The position numbers and the translations under genes are program-made. DNA of 64,000 nt, taken from positions 34,782,001 through 34,846,000 of the forward strand of contig CM060732.1 of the NCBI GenBank assembly GCA_030704615.1, given 5' to 3'. This document shows positions 60,217 to 64,000 of the stretch, piece after piece; positions within the stretch are counted from its first letter, which is position 1, and each line of letters opens with the position of its first letter. The DNA comes from Takakia lepidozioides (lineage: Eukaryota; Plantae; Bryophyta). Below the pieces are notes generated by a model that worked only from the letters and a program-made list of their open reading frames with translations, was not told the DNA's origin and did no database searches.

Positions 60217-62657
60217 ACAAGGAGTACATCCACAGATTTGTCTCTAATATAGACCAGCACAGGTTCTAGAGACAGGATTGTGGATCTTTCATGGCACACT
60301 CACACTCTAAAAATTCCATAGATTTTTAGCAGAGTCCCAAAAACAGAAACCAGGTCTAGATAGGTAGATTTCCCCTTTCTGCAGATATCCCCTCAAAAAC
60401 TGAGTCAAACGGAGCTCATTTGACAAAGATATGACCAACCAGGCTCTTTAAACATTTAAATTAGATCAAAAAGGTTTTTTTTTTTTTTTTTTTTAACACC
60501 AAAACGCTTTTGCCATTACAACCTGTTCCCAGGTTATCTACGAGTTCCCGAGGTCGTTCCCCTCCAGGATTCTCCAGGCACCAAGAGCTCGTTAATTCCA
60601 ACACTCGACCTCAGTTGGGTGGGGTATCACGATTTGCTTTCTCTGCGCGTGGGCCTGCCTCCTCGAGACCTAGAGACTACAAACCAGGAATTGGGGCGAT
60701 TGGGGGAGCAGATGCACTGCGCAGCACCTTCATGGCTTATGGACAGGCGGCCTGCTGTGATGTGGCCGTCTTTGCATGGAATCCAAAGCCAAGACCAGCT
60801 TGAAGTTCCATCAACTTGGTCTAATTCGCATCTCTCGCCAACGATTATTGTTGGCTTAGAATGGTTTCCGCCTTCCTGTTACTGCTCGTGTTTGCTTCAG
60901 TGTGCAATCTACAAGTCAGGGATCGGCGACAACAGGCACCAGATTGCCCCGTCACCACCCCACAAGGCACAGACGACTTCACTACCAGGAAAAAGAAAGT
61001 GAATCATGCTCAGCATGTAGACCCAAGGCCTGGGTCCATCTGCATCAGCTCCAGTATAAGAGAGACAATCATATAGTTATCAAGTCTCTACAGGAATTTG
61101 CGATTGCCTCAGTAAAGTGGAACTCAATCTGCAGCCTCCTTCCGCCGCCTCTCCATCAACCCTTGGAGGCTCTCGTCCGCTGGCCTCATCCGTCAGCATT
61201 GCTTCTCCTGCTACGAGTCTTCGCATTTCCCCCCCTGCTCGCCTGTGCAGAAGTAAGTACCCTTGACGCCGAAATGACAGTAGAGGCAAGTGATCAGTTG
61301 GAAGTGTTCAATGATGAGACAAATAGAGCTGGAGCTCCCTTGACCTGTATCGCCACAATCTTGGACTCGGGCAGTGTGCTGAGTTGAAAGCTGGGTTGTG
61401 AACCACCATTCGACTTTCCACCAGTTTCCACATCAAAATGGTGGAACCAAGGTGCAAGGCAACAACAGCTACTTGGCTTTGTACAAACCTGAAGCACTTA
61501 AAAAACGAAAACGACTTTGCACCTTGCACTCTCCGAAATCAACAATGCCCCCAACAACCCTTTTTGTCAGAAAGTTGGTTGCTTATGCAGATAATCGACC
61601 AGGTGAAAGCAACTTTCCCAGCCACAATCACAAGTAGCATGAAGATTTGTGAGACTCCTGGTTTTGCAGTGTTGATGATATGCCAGCAATGGGCTCCCCG
61701 TTCTCCATCGCTTTGTGCTAGGCTTTCTCTCTCGGGCCCTGCACCTTCAACCAGCTCGCTGCGCCATGCTCTACCTGCCGGCGCTGCATTTATTGGAGGG
61801 AGCAGATTTACAGCTCCTCCTTCAACTGGCTCCGCTACACCAGCTCCACCTGCTCTTCCGCTGCCTTTCCTGACCGCTTCTGGTCTGTCCTGGTTTTAAT
61901 TTAACACTGGTCTGTGCACATCGAACTAAGGCGAGCAGCCCGGCCATCTCCAGGCACGGAAGTTCTACCCATCTGCTCGATCACAGGCTCCTCCTTCAAG
62001 TCTCGCACTTGGTCAGTTTCCCAATGGCCAATCGCTGCTACTCCACGATGTCTCCTCACCGACCAAAACAAAGGCTGCTTCCATGCAGTGTAGCTCCATC
62101 ATGCCCGGCGGCCTCATGCCAGAACCAACGCTGATCGAAACCTGCATATTTTGTTTTGTTTTTTTTTTTTTTAAGCTTCTAAAACTAAGCACTACTTACA
62201 CACAGGTAATCGTACAAGTGCTAACCCTCAACTCCTACCTTGCACTCACAGGTAAGAGCTCATCTCTCTCGAGTGATACGAAAGCTAACAAATGACACTG
62301 CTCTCCACACAAGAAACAATGTGAAATCCAAAACCATCACTCTTTAAAACAGTAGTCGAGCCAGGGGCACCCCAAGCTATGGGGACTCCACCCCACAACA
62401 ACCTACACTCCCATCATGAGTACACTCAGATCTAAACGCACACAGGAGCTCGGTCGCGCAGGCTCAACTCGAGAGAGATGAGCTGCGCGACTGCCGCTCT
62501 CGTGAAGATAAGACGGACCAGGTGTCAAACTAAACTTGACACCTGATTTAACACTTGACCTAAATCCAAGTGTTAAATACAAATAACTAGTTTTATGCTA
62601 GTTGTTTTCACACCGTGCTTATTTAACTTGACACAGTTACTCATTGCGGACAGTAAG

Positions 62658-63490
62658 AATGAATTTTGGCGCCAAAATTCATCCATTTCAAAGAGAAATA
62701 AATATTGGAGGGAGGGCATTAGATGAACTTCGGCGCCGAAATCCAACGCTCAAACCCTTAAAAGAATTTGGAGGGATGACTTCAGATGAATTTCGGCGCC
62801 GAAATTCATTGCTCGCGAAGAAAAAAAAAAATTAGAAGGGAGGACTTGGATGAATTTCGGCGCCGAAATTCATTGCTCGTGAAGAAAAAAGAGAAAATTA
62901 GAAGGGAGGACTTGGATGAATTTCGGCGCCGAAATTCATTGCTCGCGAAGAAAAAAGAAAATTAGAAGGGAGGACTTGGATGAAATTCGGCGCCGAAATT
63001 CATCTGTCGCAAGGAAAAAGAAAAAGAAGGGAGGACTTCGGCGCCGAAATCCATCCGCAGGACAGCAGAATTAGAGTCGGAAAAGGAGAAGAAGAATGAA
63101 TTTCGGCTTCAAAATTCATCCATTCTGCCTATTCAGGATTAGTGTCATTCGGATGTCGGCACCGAAATCCGGACACGTGGTGAATCACGACTGTAATCAC
63201 GAACACATTCATCCGTATTTTGGCATCCAAATTCAACCCTTACGTGCAGAAACAATTTCATGAAGAAGATGTTCATCCGAATTTCGGCACCGAAATCCAT
63301 CCGTTGGGTGCTTGCTCAGTTTCATGAGGTGAACAAATTACGATTTCTGTCGCCGGAATTCATCCGCTGGCTTCCAAATCTGTTACATGACAGAGATGTG
63401 TTCATCCAGATTTCGGTGCCGAAATTCATGGGAAGACCTGATTTATTGTAGCCCAAGTGGTGGTACATCACAATTCAGGCACCAAATATC
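62658..63490. repeat. Array of palindromic motifs ATGAATTTCGGCGCCGAAATTCAT
   Basis: About 6-7 copies in ~62-65-bp tandem units at 62660-63055, with more degenerate dispersed copies to ~63490. Confidence 0.92.
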
Positions 63491-64000
63491 CGATGTGAAC
63501 TTGCTGTTGTCGTCCGTTTTTGTAACGTACGTTACACACCTTCATCCATACGTGCACTGATCACCCATCCTGTTGGATACAGAATCCTCCAGAAAATCAT
63601 TGTGGTATTAGGTATGACACACTCTTCTCATTGCAGGACTTCGCTGCGGAGCATACCGAGAGGTCCTGTCTTCAACATGGACTCCCGTGTTTGGGTAAAC
63701 GTGTACTTCCATCCTGATTATCTGAAAGCTAAAATACCATGCGACCAAGGATTTGCGATTGTCACTGAGCAGTACTTGTGTGTGAAGTTCAGGCTCCGCC
63801 CTGGAACGGTGTTTTTGGAAGAGGAGACGAAGGATGCTTATGGAAATTTTCTGGAAAGTGCCGTCATTCTGCATGCAGATTTCGGAAAAGGCAAAGAGTG
63901 GGGGCTCCCAGCTTCTGAATCCATTCGGTACAGTGCAATTGGTGAAATCGTGCCTAAAGAGTTCCCACGTTGGAACTTGGTTGACCCTCCTTCCACAAGA

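Noticed and set aside
62658-63055. CRISPR-like array of palindromic repeats
   Set aside because: The 'spacers' are near-identical to each other, there are no cas genes, and the context is eukaryotic.

Overview
This is eukaryotic nuclear DNA from a land plant, most likely a non-seed plant such as a bryophyte (inferred from moss-type PLS/DYW PPR genes, a Copia with a half-tRNA primer site and a Tcn1-like Gypsy). It has one apparently intact host gene, an ABIL/ABI-like gene (minus strand, about 4851-10539). The rest is PLS-class PPR pseudogenes and a nest of transposons: Copia, two Gypsy families, three CACTA pieces and a Harbinger fragment. Main points: (1) A Ty3/Gypsy LTR retrotransposon carries a DNMT3-like C5 cytosine methyltransferase between protease and RT, present in two disabled copies. 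(2) A CACTA transposon carries a SET-domain (lysine methyltransferase-like) ORF inside a predicted intron of its transposase gene. (3) Two LTRs of the DNMT family are joined tail-to-tail across a primer-binding site, forming a ~0.7-kb-arm hairpin. (4) An intact 5.3-kb Pack-type CACTA (27-bp TIRs, CAG TSD) carries PPR and OSB-like 'WWDNR' exon fragments. All domain calls are by eye from motifs. No database search or alignment tool was run.
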